Assembly: GCA_031375485.1 (NCBI GenBank)
Contig: JANMHX010000328.1
Coordinates: 64,008-128,007 of the forward strand
Direction: 5' to 3'
Length of the DNA stretch: 64,000 bases
Source: Gemmatimonadota bacterium
GTDB taxonomy: Bacteria > Gemmatimonadota > Gemmatimonadetes > Gemmatimonadales > GWC2-71-9
Under the pieces are notes generated by a model. It did not search any database and was not told the origin of the DNA. It saw nothing but the letters and a program-made list of their open reading frames with translations. Position 1 is the first letter of the stretch. Every line of letters starts with the position of its first letter. A program made the translations under genes and the position numbers. This document shows positions 9,798 through 18,816 of the stretch, piece by piece.

Positions 9798-10148
9798 TCA
9801 GACGAGCGGAACGTAGAAATAGGACTTCCGCCGCCAGAGGAGGCCGTCCTTGAACCGGTAGCAATCGGCGAATTGGAGGTCGACCGGCGCCCCATCCTTC
9901 CTGGTTCCCACGAACCGGCCCCAGCAGGCCCCTGCCTCGGCCTCCAGGGCGAAGCACTCGAACCGGTGCTCGCCCCGGATCGCCCGGACTTCCCGGTAGA
10001 ATCGGAGGTTCTGGTCCCGGCCTTCGATCAGATCGAATCCCGGGCGATCGTAGACGAGATCGGGATGAAAGGAACGCGCCACGGTATTCCAGTCGGAGGC
10101 ATCGATTGCACGGAACATGGCCTCGAGGTCGGTACGAGTCACAGGCAC
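9798..10148 (-). CDS. SnoaL/NTF2-like fold protein
   Basis: A 116-aa protein whose pattern (AMFRAIDASDW...FHPDLVYDRPGF...GEHRFE) is typical of the ketosteroid-isomerase/SnoaL-like family. Confidence 0.6.
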   Translation of the reverse strand: MPVTRTDLEAMFRAIDASDWNTVARSFHPDLVYDRPGFDLIEGRDQNLRFYREVRAIRGEHRFECFALEAEAGACWGRFVGTRKDGAPVDLQFADCYRFKDGLLWRRKSYFYVPLV

Positions 10149-10265
10149 TCCTGAATCAAGCGACAGACATCAATCCCTCTGGAGCCTACGGCCGTGGCCT
10201 CGTTTGGACAAGCGCGGGGAAGGGCGGTAGCTTCGGCGCTCGACCTTCACGAACCGGTCCGCCCA

Positions 10266-11471
10266 ATGTCCCTGTCACGCCGTTCGTTTCTGGCGACCAC
10301 CGCCATGGCGCCGCTGGTGCCCCCGCGGCTCGGGTTATCGAGTGCCGACACTCCTTACGCGGTCGATCCGGCGCGGTTCGAGCCCTGGATCGAGGTCGAT
10401 TCGGCCGCACTCCGGGTCAACGTCGCGGTGCTGTCGAAGCTGGCCGGGGGCCGGCCGATCATCGCCGTCATCAAGAACAACGGTTACGGACTCGGCGTGA
10501 AGGAGGTGGCGAAGGCGCTGGACGGCGACCCGCGGGTCAGCGGCTTTGGCGTGGTGAAGGTCGCCGAGGCGCTGGCGCTCCGGGGCGCCGGGATTCGGAA
10601 ACCAATCCTCTTGATGGCTCTGTTCGACGCGGCCGATGGCGAGGAACTGGTGCGCCGGGGGATTACTCTAAGCCTCTGCATTCCGGACATCGGCACCCGA
10701 GTCGCGAGGGCCATCGCCAGGGCCGGTCGTTCCGCTCGCGGGCAGTTCTACATCGATACGGGGATGAGCCGGATGGGGCTGCCGTATCACCAGGCGCTTC
10801 CCATTCTGCGCGACCTCTCGGGCCTGCCACGGCTCACCATCGCTGGAATGATGACCGAGTTGGCCGAGGAGCCTGACTTCGATGGCGAGCAGGTCCGCCG
10901 GCTCTCGACCCTGGCCGCGGAAGCCCGAGCAGCCGGGGTGACGACCGGTCCGTTGCACGCCGCGTCCTCGCACGCCGTCTTCAACCGCCAGGAGACGCTT
11001 CTCGACGCGGTGCGACCCGGGATCTCGCTGTTCGGCGCCTATCCCACGGACGATGGCAGCGAACGCTCGATTGCGGCGTTGACGGTTGGGTTCCGTCTCA
11101 AGGCGCGGGTCGTCAGGGTGGAGGAGCTTCGCACCGGAGACACGGTGAGCTACGGTCGCCGGTTCAAGGCCGAGTCGCCGACCTGGGTGGCGACGATCCC
11201 GATCGGGCATGCCGACGGCTATCCGCGGTCGGCGGTTCGAGGCGGGCAGATGCTGATCGGCGGCCGGCCGTATCCGGTGGTCGGGGCCGTCAGTGCCAGT
11301 CATGCCATCGTCAACCTCGGGGCGGCCACCACCGTGAAGGTCGGCGACGTCACGACGATTCTAGGGCCGGACCACCCCGCCATCCATCCGAATACCCTGG
11401 CCGGGACGACGGGGATTTCGGTCTACGATGTCCTGATGCACCTGAGCCCGAGTCTGCCCCGGATCGGTTGA
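10266..11471 (+). CDS. alr: alanine racemase family PLP enzyme with twin-arginine (Tat) signal
   Basis: The N-terminus MSLSRRSFLATTAMAP matches the S-R-R-x-F-L Tat consensus. The PLP-lysine motif is AVIKNNGYGLG, the catalytic Tyr context is DTVSYGRRF, and IPIGHADGY is present. Confidence 0.8.
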   Translation: MSLSRRSFLATTAMAPLVPPRLGLSSADTPYAVDPARFEPWIEVDSAALRVNVAVLSKLAGGRPIIAVIKNNGYGLGVKEVAKALDGDPRVSGFGVVKVAEALALRGAGIRKPILLMALFDAADGEELVRRGITLSLCIPDIGTRVARAIARAGRSARGQFYIDTGMSRMGLPYHQALPILRDLSGLPRLTIAGMMTELAEEPDFDGEQVRRLSTLAAEARAAGVTTGPLHAASSHAVFNRQETLLDAVRPGISLFGAYPTDDGSERSIAALTVGFRLKARVVRVEELRTGDTVSYGRRFKAESPTWVATIPIGHADGYPRSAVRGGQMLIGGRPYPVVGAVSASHAIVNLGAATTVKVGDVTTILGPDHPAIHPNTLAGTTGISVYDVLMHLSPSLPRIG

Positions 11472-11487
11472 GGCGCGGATGAGAGGT

Positions 11488-11982
11488 TCACCCCTCCTTG
11501 GGACGCCGCGGCCGTTGCCGCGCCGAGATTGACCGGATAATGAGGCTCCGCTTGGCGGTCGGGCGAATCGGGACCCGGGCCTGTGCCAGCGCCGCCTTGA
11601 TCAGCGCTCGAATCGGAGCAGTGTCGAGATCCTTCGCCGATCCGAGTCGGACGTTGCGGACCCGGGTACCGCTCCCCCGGAGCAGCTTCAGAGGATCCGG
11701 CAGTGCCGGGCCGTTTTGCAAGAAACACACAATGATCCACCGCGGCGCGAAGGCCACCGAGAGCACGGCGTCCGAGGCCCGTTCGGACGGACCGAATCCG
11801 ACGACGAGGAAGCTCCAGTTGTCGTAGACGAGTTCGGTGGCGCCGGGCACCAGCCGGCGCATCTTCACCAACGCGGCCCGGCCCTCGGCCGCGACCGGCG
11901 GGGTGTACTTCGCGATGAACTCTGCGAGCTGGGTCCGGGCCGGCTTTGCGGTGCCTTCGGACCGGTGTTGTCGCAGTGGCAT
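11488..11982 (-). CDS. DUF1801-like (YdhG-like) domain protein
   Basis: The sequence resembles the DUF1801 family (YTPPVAAEGRAALVKMRRLVPGATELVYDNW...). The first ATG is at 11982; the ORF-track start at 12024 is a TTG. Confidence 0.45.
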   Translation of the reverse strand: MPLRQHRSEGTAKPARTQLAEFIAKYTPPVAAEGRAALVKMRRLVPGATELVYDNWSFLVVGFGPSERASDAVLSVAFAPRWIIVCFLQNGPALPDPLKLLRGSGTRVRNVRLGSAKDLDTAPIRALIKAALAQARVPIRPTAKRSLIIRSISARQRPRRPKEG

Positions 11983-12071
11983 GGCTCGCGTCCGGGGCTG
12001 ATGGCCGTCATGCGGATTGCGCAAAATAGAGCGCCCGCCCCTGGAGCCGTCAAGCCGACCGGGTGGGGAGG

Positions 12072-12815
12072 CTACGGCGTTTGCGGCGTGAACGGAATTC
12101 GGAATGGAGTGCTATCCGGAGCCGGGGTCGTGATTCGGCTGCCCTGCTTCAGAAAGACCCGACGCCCGCCAATCCGAATCTCGACCCGGGGCGCCGCGCG
12201 CGGAACCGCAATGTCGAAGTCCGCGGCCGAATTGCTGTTATCGATCACCAGCCGATCGGTGTTGGAGGTGAACGATGGCCCGGTGGCCCTGGCTTGCACG
12301 ACGAGATCAGCCCCGTCGGTCAGGGTCACCCTGATTTCGCCCGCCGTTTGAGCGCTCTGAAAGACAACCTCGAACGACGGCCCTGGGACAACCGCGATGC
12401 CACCGGTCACTGGTGCGGCGGGCGCCGGCGGTGGAGCCGCGATCACGGTTTGGGGTGGCGGAGCCGATCGAACCAGCGCCCGAAGCCAGCCGCGCACTGG
12501 AGAGCCGGGAATGGCATAGGCAGCCCCGGCGAGACCAACGGCCAGGAGCCCGGCGGCGGCCCAACGAATCCAAGTCGATTCCGGCCGCACCGAGCGAGCG
12601 ATCACGGTCGCGACCTCGATCCGCGGTTGCCCATGATCGACCCGGCCGAGCAGCCCCATCACCTCGTCGTCTTCAGCTTCCGCCTCGTCAACCCGGGCCC
12701 GGCATTCAACGCAGCCGGCAAGATGATCGCGCACCAAGGCCGCGCCCCGGGGCGTCAGCTCGTTATGGAGGAGCCGCTGAACCTGCTCGTCGTCAAGATG
12801 GGTCGAAGGCATCAT
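12072..12815 (-). CDS. anti-sigma factor, zinc-finger (zf-HC2 / ZAS-like), single-pass membrane
   Basis: Contains the Hx3Cx2C motif HLAGCVEC and one TM segment (WAAAGLLAVGLAGAAYA). The start (ATG at 12815 or 12812) overlaps the 3' end of the upstream sigma gene. Confidence 0.8.
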   Translation of the reverse strand: MMPSTHLDDEQVQRLLHNELTPRGAALVRDHLAGCVECRARVDEAEAEDDEVMGLLGRVDHGQPRIEVATVIARSVRPESTWIRWAAAGLLAVGLAGAAYAIPGSPVRGWLRALVRSAPPPQTVIAAPPPAPAAPVTGGIAVVPGPSFEVVFQSAQTAGEIRVTLTDGADLVVQARATGPSFTSNTDRLVIDNSNSAADFDIAVPRAAPRVEIRIGGRRVFLKQGSRITTPAPDSTPFRIPFTPQTP

Positions 12816-13395
12816 CGTAAAGCTCCCGAAAAGCCCGTTTGGCCCGCGCCAGCAGGGTCCCGACGCTGGCCTCATTGAGGTGGAGGACGGCCGCCAGATC
12901 GCGATAGCTCATCCCCTCCGCCCGAAGCAGGAGGAGTTGGCGGTCGCGCTCCGGCAGTCGGTCGAGTGCCAGCCGGACCTGCCGGCCCCGATCCAGAGCC
13001 ACCGTCGTGCTCTCCGGCGAGGGCGGCGGGTCGGCGTGGACGTGCTCGGCCCGTTCCACCGTCAGGAGCCGAAGCCGGCGGCTCGCGGTGGAACGGGTGT
13101 TTCGAAACAGGTTGAGGGCGACCGTGACCAGCCAGGCGTTCGGGCGGTCCGGGAGCGAGCCCCGCCGGTACAACTTGACGAAGCTCTCTTGCGCGAGGTC
13201 TGAAGCCAAATCGGGGTCGCCCGACAGCCGGTCGAGGAACCGACGGAGGCCGGCGAATTGCTCCGTAAACAGAGCGACGAACTCCTGGTGGAACGGGGTG
13301 GCTGAATCAGACATGCCCAATGCCATCCCCGCCGGTAGTTCCTTGGCGGTCATGTCCAAGGAACCCCGACCTCCTGGGGTTTGTGACAGCGCCAT
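12793..13395 (-). CDS. ECF-type RNA polymerase sigma factor
   Basis: Region 2 is DLAQESFVKLYR...NAWLVTVALNLFRN. Region 4.2 is LPERDRQLLLLRAEGMSYRDLAAVLHLNEASVGTLLARAKRAF. The ATG lies 6 nt after the stop of the upstream TBDR gene. Confidence 0.9.
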   Translation of the reverse strand: MALSQTPGGRGSLDMTAKELPAGMALGMSDSATPFHQEFVALFTEQFAGLRRFLDRLSGDPDLASDLAQESFVKLYRRGSLPDRPNAWLVTVALNLFRNTRSTASRRLRLLTVERAEHVHADPPPSPESTTVALDRGRQVRLALDRLPERDRQLLLLRAEGMSYRDLAAVLHLNEASVGTLLARAKRAFRELYDDAFDPS

Positions 13396-13401
13396 CGCGG
13401 A

Positions 13402-15660
13402 TCAGAAGCGCCAGTCGAGACCAACGACCAGGGGCGCAAACGGCCGCATTTCGATGGGAATCGGAGCGCCGGTCACGGCATTCGTGGCGTACGTCAGGAT
13501 GTTCTTCCGGCCCAGCAGGTTGGTGACCGTGCCGAACAGACTGAGTTCGACATTTCGGCCCCCCAGATCAAAGTGCCAATGATGGCGAAATCCCAGGTCG
13601 ACGCGGAGATAGTGGGGCAATCTCGTGCCGCCCAGGGCCCCTCCGTATCGTGGGCTGCCCGCGAACTCGCAGCCCCGATCGATCAAGTTGCAGCCCTCCC
13701 ACTCGAACGCCCCCGCCACGCCGGTGCCTCGCCGGCCCCAGGCGCCGGCCACCCCAAGCCGGATCGACGAGGCGGGGCCGGGGAAGACGATCACGCCGCC
13801 CTCTAACCTGTGAGTCGCGCCGTACCCCGGCCGGTAGCTCGAATCGCCGTATGTTAGGCGGACCTGTTCGATGCCATAGCTGGCCAGGATTCCAATCCGG
13901 GCGGTACTGACGCCGGCTTCGAGCGAGGCGCCCCGCGCCCGGCCCGATCCAATCGCGAAGGCGCCGGCCGTGAACGGGCGGGCGTCGCCGGGTGCCACCA
14001 AGAGGAGCCCCCGCTGGTGCCGGTCATACGCTTCGGCCGTGACCCGGGTGGCCGTCGAGGGGCGATAGTCGAATGAAATCAGGCCTTGATCGCTCGTGGC
14101 CACTGGAAGCCCCGCGGACCCGGCGCCAAGGTAGAGGTCGGTCGGAAAGATCCGGTCCGCGATCGATTCACTGTTTCGCGCCGATTGGGCAACCTGGCGG
14201 AATCGGGCAAAGCTCGCCGTGACGGCCAGGCCCCGGTGAGGCTGCCACCGGAGCGAGGCGTTCGGGCTGACCAAGACCTCGGCCCGCACCAGGGCGATCG
14301 AGCTGCCGATCGTCAGGGCGAGCCCTGGCCCGATGGCCCGACGATGGTCGACAAATCCGGTGACCAGTGGGCCGGAGGAGTTGGCTTCGAAGCCGGAGCC
14401 CACCGAGTCGGCGGTGGCCCGGTATTGGATCCGCCGGGCTTCGACCCGGAGCCCGCCAGTTCCGACCCCCCCGGCGACCGGCCGCTCGATCGTGGCCAGC
14501 AGGCCGAGGTCGTTCCGGCTGGCCCGGAGGTCGAGCGGCCCGTTGGGATCGACCCACTGCGAGGTGGCGTCACTCGACGCGCTCCAACCGACCAACCGGG
14601 TGGTGGCGGCCCCGCGGGTCCGGTGCCACGAAGCGCCTAACGAACGGTTGCCCCACTCGAACCCGTGCCGGGGCAGGGTCGGGTCGTCGGTCGCGACCGG
14701 TTCGGCCCCGGCGGAGGCACCGAGCTCGTTGCCGCTTCCCGTGCCCAGGACCGTGAGCCGGCCGCCGGCCACGGAGGCTTCCAGTTTGGCAAGCCAGTCA
14801 TGGGTTTCCCCGCGCACATGGGAGGCGTCCCCGGCCGGCGCGAACGCGGCAGGGAACCCGGAGCGAATGCTGGCCAGGTACCCCGCGCCCTTGGTTCCGA
14901 GCGGGCCGGTGACCGTAAGACGAGCCTGGCCGGTGCTGAGACTCCCCTGGGTCTCCTGCCGCCGGCCCGGCGATCGGGTGGTGGCCGAGATCACGCCCGC
15001 CAGGGCATCCGGCTGATCCGGCGTGCGGGCAACCGAGGTCAACCGGACCGACCCGACGGCGTCCGGATTGACGGCGCCGAAGACCCCGGCCGCATGATAG
15101 GGACTCAGCACCGGAATGCCGTCGACCTGGTACGCCGTGTGGTCGCCGGCCCCGCCCCGGACATGGACGCCGCTCGGGGATTCCGGTTCCACCGACACCG
15201 GTCCTCCGCTCAACGCCAGGAACCCGTCGGGTTCGGCAAGCAGCGGGTGATTCCGGGCCGCGGCCATCGAAACGATCCGGTCGGGATCGAGGGAGCCGGC
15301 CGGTTCGGTGCCGCGGAACGGCGGAACGCCCCGGACCACCAACGTCTGGAGCCGGGCCGGAACGGCCCGAAGCGAAACGGTCAGATCGAGGGTCCCGACC
15401 GACGGCACCAACGCATGGATCGTCCTCGGCGCGTAGCCGATGAACCGAACGACGAGATGGTTCGGGCCGGCGGGCACCGGGCGGACCTGGTAGCGCCCGG
15501 CCGAGTCGGTGACGGCCTGGAGCCCCAAGTCCGGAAGGGCGACAATCGCACCGGGAAGCGGCCGGCCGGTGGCCTCGTCGCGGACGGCCCCGGTAATCGA
15601 CGCACCGGGTTGCTGCGTTAGGCCGCCGATCCCGATCACGATGGCGAGCAGATGGGTCAC
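13402..15660 (-). CDS. TonB-dependent receptor-like outer-membrane protein with N-terminal carboxypeptidase-regulatory-like domain
   Basis: The N-terminal segment is SITGAVRDEATGRPLPGAIVALPD. A plug-like segment HVRGGAGDHTAYQVDGIPV is present. The beta-barrel-style C-terminus ends in ...GLDWRF. The start codon is GTG. Confidence 0.8.
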   Translation of the reverse strand: MTHLLAIVIGIGGLTQQPGASITGAVRDEATGRPLPGAIVALPDLGLQAVTDSAGRYQVRPVPAGPNHLVVRFIGYAPRTIHALVPSVGTLDLTVSLRAVPARLQTLVVRGVPPFRGTEPAGSLDPDRIVSMAAARNHPLLAEPDGFLALSGGPVSVEPESPSGVHVRGGAGDHTAYQVDGIPVLSPYHAAGVFGAVNPDAVGSVRLTSVARTPDQPDALAGVISATTRSPGRRQETQGSLSTGQARLTVTGPLGTKGAGYLASIRSGFPAAFAPAGDASHVRGETHDWLAKLEASVAGGRLTVLGTGSGNELGASAGAEPVATDDPTLPRHGFEWGNRSLGASWHRTRGAATTRLVGWSASSDATSQWVDPNGPLDLRASRNDLGLLATIERPVAGGVGTGGLRVEARRIQYRATADSVGSGFEANSSGPLVTGFVDHRRAIGPGLALTIGSSIALVRAEVLVSPNASLRWQPHRGLAVTASFARFRQVAQSARNSESIADRIFPTDLYLGAGSAGLPVATSDQGLISFDYRPSTATRVTAEAYDRHQRGLLLVAPGDARPFTAGAFAIGSGRARGASLEAGVSTARIGILASYGIEQVRLTYGDSSYRPGYGATHRLEGGVIVFPGPASSIRLGVAGAWGRRGTGVAGAFEWEGCNLIDRGCEFAGSPRYGGALGGTRLPHYLRVDLGFRHHWHFDLGGRNVELSLFGTVTNLLGRKNILTYATNAVTGAPIPIEMRPFAPLVVGLDWRF

Positions 15661-15746
15661 GGTGGTGCCAGTCGTTGCAGTCGGGGGCCCATGGCTCGGG
15701 CGGTGGCCCCGTCTCTCAAGCTAGGATTTGGACTCGGTTGGAGCAA

Positions 15747-15772
15747 GGAACGGCTGTCACAATCGTGGTTCC
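15747..15772. promoter_or_regulatory. inverted repeat GGAAC-N16-GTTCC in divergent TBDR intergenic region; minus-strand reading gives GGAAC-N15-CGTT (ECF-like)
   Basis: Seen directly in the sequence between the divergent TBDR starts (15660 and 15810). A further GTTCC lies at 15779-15783. The spacing is one nt shorter than the usual ECF spacing. Confidence 0.3.
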
Positions 15773-15809
15773 CCGCGGGTTCCTTGGGCATCCTCAACAG
15801 GGTGATCCC

Positions 15810-18206
15810 GTGCTGGTTCGAACCCGACTCACAGCCGCCGTGCTGGCCTCGCTCCTTGCCGCGCCAGCCTGGGCGCAATCCCCGGCCGCTACCGGGTCGA
15901 TCCTTGGCGATCTGGTCGATGCCTCCTCAGGCAGTCCGGTGGCCCAGGCCCAGGTGTCGCTCCGGGGCACCATCCTCCAGGCCACGACCGACCTCAGGGG
16001 ACACTTCATCCTCCGGGCGGTACCGGCAGGATCCTACACCCTCGATGCCCGGCGGATCGGCTACCAACCGGTGGTTCGCGACAGCCTCGTCGTCGCCGCG
16101 GGCGACACCGTCCGCCTCGCGTTGTCGATCAGCCCGGCGCCGTTTCAGCTTGCCGAAATCACCGTCACGCCCGGTTCATTCTCGATCCTCGATGCCGGTC
16201 CGGCCAGCCGGCAAACCTTGTCGCGGGCCGAACTCCAAGGGGCCCCGTTCGGCGAAGACCTCTTTCGGGCGGTTAACCGGTTGCCGGGCCTGGCCTCGGG
16301 CGACTACGGGGCCCACTTCTCGATTCGCGGGGGTCGCGCCGACGAAACCCTCATTCTTCTCGACGGGCTCGAGATCTACGAGCCGTTTCACTTGAAGGAC
16401 TTCGACGGCGGCGCGCTCAGCATCATCGATGTGGACGCGATCGACGGGGTCGAGCTCCTGACCGGCGGTTTCCCGGCCCATTACGGCGACAAACGAAGCG
16501 GGGTGATGAACATTTCATCGCGGACCCCGAAGCAGGACGGGACTCGGCTGACCCTGGGGGCGAGCTTCACCAATGCCCATGCCCTCGCGGAGGGGAGTTT
16601 CGGCAACAAGAAGGGCTCGTGGCTGGTGTCCGGCCGCCGCGGATTCGTCGATCTTTTGCTTGGGCTCATCAACAAGAAGGAGACCAAGGCGCCGACCTAT
16701 TACGATGTCTTCGGGACGGCGCGGTATCAAATTCATCCCAACCACACGCTCGCGTTCAGCGTCCTCCGCGCCGACGACAACTACCGCTTTACCATCAAGG
16801 GCACGACCGGGTTCAACGATTCGATTCCCACGGTGGAAACCGCCAACAACGGCTACGGGAACTCCTATGCTTGGTTGACGCTCCGGTCTTTGCTTGGCCC
16901 CCATGTCAGCGTCCGAACGCTCGCCTCCGTCGGGTCGGTCACCGCCACCCGTTTGGGCGACGAAGTGGCGGTCAGAGGCCCAGTTGAGCTCTACGGAGTG
17001 AATGGCAAACGCAACTTTTCGCTGGTTGGGTTCAAGCAGGACTTTGAGTTCCAACCGTCGAACCGGGTGATCATCGATTGGGGCTACGACCTCCGATCGT
17101 TAGACGCGACCTTCGATTGGACCAACCGGGTCACCAAGAACCCCGACGATCCAACCCCGGATACCACGGGTTACTACCCCAGGGTGACCCGGCGTGCGAA
17201 GACGGCCACCGGCACGACCCTCGGCGCCTACGTCAGCAATCGCCTTCAGGTCCTCGATCCGCTCACGCTCGAGCTCGGGCTCCGGTACGACGGGGCCGAC
17301 TACAGCCACGACCGCGACGTAAGTCCCCGGATCCACGCCCTCGCTCGACTCTCGGAGCGAAGTTCGCTCCGGGCTGGATGGGGTCTCTACCGCCAGCGCC
17401 AGGGCATCGCCGACGAGAACGCGTTCGATCGGTTGAATCGCTACTTCCCCTCCGAGCGGACGTCGCAGTGGACCGTCGGGTTCGAGCATAAGTATGCCGG
17501 CGGATCGTTCCGCGCCGAGGCCTACTATAAGAGTGGGTCGAAGCTCCGTCCGATCCTTCGGAACTGGAAGAGCGGCCTCAACGTGTTTCCGGAGTCGGCC
17601 GAGGACCGGATCCTCGTCTACCCCGACTCGTCGACGTCCAAGGGCATCGAACTATTTCACGAGGGCACGATCGGGCGGCGGGTGAACCTGCGGGCAAGCT
17701 ACTCGCTGGCGTTCGTCGAAGAACATGTGAGCCGGATCGACCACGTCAATGATCCCCTGAAGCCGCCGTTCAATCCAACCCACCCCGGGCCGCAGGACCA
17801 GCGCCACGCGCTCAATCTCGATCTGAGTTACCGGCTGTTCCGGAACTGGACCGCCACCGGGGCGTTCACCTTTCACTCCGGTTGGCCGTTCACGGACGAA
17901 TTCGGGGTCCCGGTTACCCGGCGGAACGGGACGAAAGATCTGGTCGTCCGGCCCGACACTCTCTACGGCGGCCGGCTGCCGTCCTATACGCGAATGGACC
18001 TCCGAGTGACTCGGCGGGTGCAAACCCCGAAGACCGAATTCCGTTTCTTCGTCGAGGTCATCAACCTGACCAATCACGAGAACGTGTTAGGCTACGATGT
18101 CTTCCGGGTCCGCGACGCAGCCGGGGCCTTGAGCCTCCAACGTGACCGGGAAACCTGGTTCTCGATCCTTCCGTCGCTTGGGGTGAGCTGGAGCAGGCGG
18201 TTCTGA
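15810..18206 (+). CDS. TonB-dependent receptor with N-terminal carboxypeptidase-regulatory-like domain
   Basis: A GTG at 15810 gives the signal peptide VLVRTRLTAAVLASLLAAPAWAQ. The plug motif is IRGGRADETLILLDGLEIYEP. The C-terminus ...GVSWSRRF ends in an aromatic residue. Confidence 0.85.
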   Translation: MLVRTRLTAAVLASLLAAPAWAQSPAATGSILGDLVDASSGSPVAQAQVSLRGTILQATTDLRGHFILRAVPAGSYTLDARRIGYQPVVRDSLVVAAGDTVRLALSISPAPFQLAEITVTPGSFSILDAGPASRQTLSRAELQGAPFGEDLFRAVNRLPGLASGDYGAHFSIRGGRADETLILLDGLEIYEPFHLKDFDGGALSIIDVDAIDGVELLTGGFPAHYGDKRSGVMNISSRTPKQDGTRLTLGASFTNAHALAEGSFGNKKGSWLVSGRRGFVDLLLGLINKKETKAPTYYDVFGTARYQIHPNHTLAFSVLRADDNYRFTIKGTTGFNDSIPTVETANNGYGNSYAWLTLRSLLGPHVSVRTLASVGSVTATRLGDEVAVRGPVELYGVNGKRNFSLVGFKQDFEFQPSNRVIIDWGYDLRSLDATFDWTNRVTKNPDDPTPDTTGYYPRVTRRAKTATGTTLGAYVSNRLQVLDPLTLELGLRYDGADYSHDRDVSPRIHALARLSERSSLRAGWGLYRQRQGIADENAFDRLNRYFPSERTSQWTVGFEHKYAGGSFRAEAYYKSGSKLRPILRNWKSGLNVFPESAEDRILVYPDSSTSKGIELFHEGTIGRRVNLRASYSLAFVEEHVSRIDHVNDPLKPPFNPTHPGPQDQRHALNLDLSYRLFRNWTATGAFTFHSGWPFTDEFGVPVTRRNGTKDLVVRPDTLYGGRLPSYTRMDLRVTRRVQTPKTEFRFFVEVINLTNHENVLGYDVFRVRDAAGALSLQRDRETWFSILPSLGVSWSRRF

Positions 18207-18297
18207 GCCCCGATCTCTGATCGTCAAACGGCTGGCGGCCGTCGCCTCCCCGGGGTATTCTGGACTGGCGGGCCACTCCCTTTCGCCAGGATACGGG

Positions 18298-18816
18298 ATG
18301 TACGGAGTCCTTGGGTCAGCTCGGCCGGTGTGGGCGGCGGCGGTCATCGCGCTCGCGACCGTCGGCTGTAGCGAGCCGGTCGAACCGGTGGCGGCGATGC
18401 TCGAGCCGGGCCGGTATGTCCTCAGTACGATCGACGGCGCACCGCCACCGTTCCTCCTGACCTGGCTCGAGCGGGAGGGGCAGGCAACCGTGTTGACCGC
18501 GACCTCCTACGATACCATCACCGTGATCGACGACTCGACGGCCCGGCAGCACGTGCGGCAGGCGACCCAAGAGCAAATCGGCAACGCGGCCCCGGTGGAA
18601 GTGGCTGCCTCGGAGATCGACGCGGTGAAGCGGATGCTTCGGCGCGACGACGAGATCGTGCTCGTGGCCTTTGGCGCCGAAGGCCCGGTCTATCTCGTGC
18701 CCCGCGATGGCGGCTTGATTCGGCGGGTCCAGATCATCCAGGCTCGTTGTTCCGCGACCGGGGCGTGTTCGACCCTTTCGAATCGAATCGTCGAGGCCCG
18801 CTATGTCCGCCGGTAG
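18298..18816 (+). CDS. hypothetical lipoprotein
   Basis: Lipoprotein signal ...AAVIALATVGCSEP. It sits 92 nt downstream of the TBDR, and its 3' end overlaps the next gene by 14 nt. Confidence 0.6.
   Translation: MYGVLGSARPVWAAAVIALATVGCSEPVEPVAAMLEPGRYVLSTIDGAPPPFLLTWLEREGQATVLTATSYDTITVIDDSTARQHVRQATQEQIGNAAPVEVAASEIDAVKRMLRRDDEIVLVAFGAEGPVYLVPRDGGLIRRVQIIQARCSATGACSTLSNRIVEARYVRR

Noticed and set aside
12072-15660. This could be classical FecIRA-type cell-surface signalling.
   Set aside because: The anti-sigma has an Hx3Cx2C zinc-finger N-domain and no recognisable FecR-like periplasmic domain. The receptor N-terminus looks like a carboxypeptidase-regulatory domain rather than an STN signalling extension. 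I report it only as a non-canonical arrangement.
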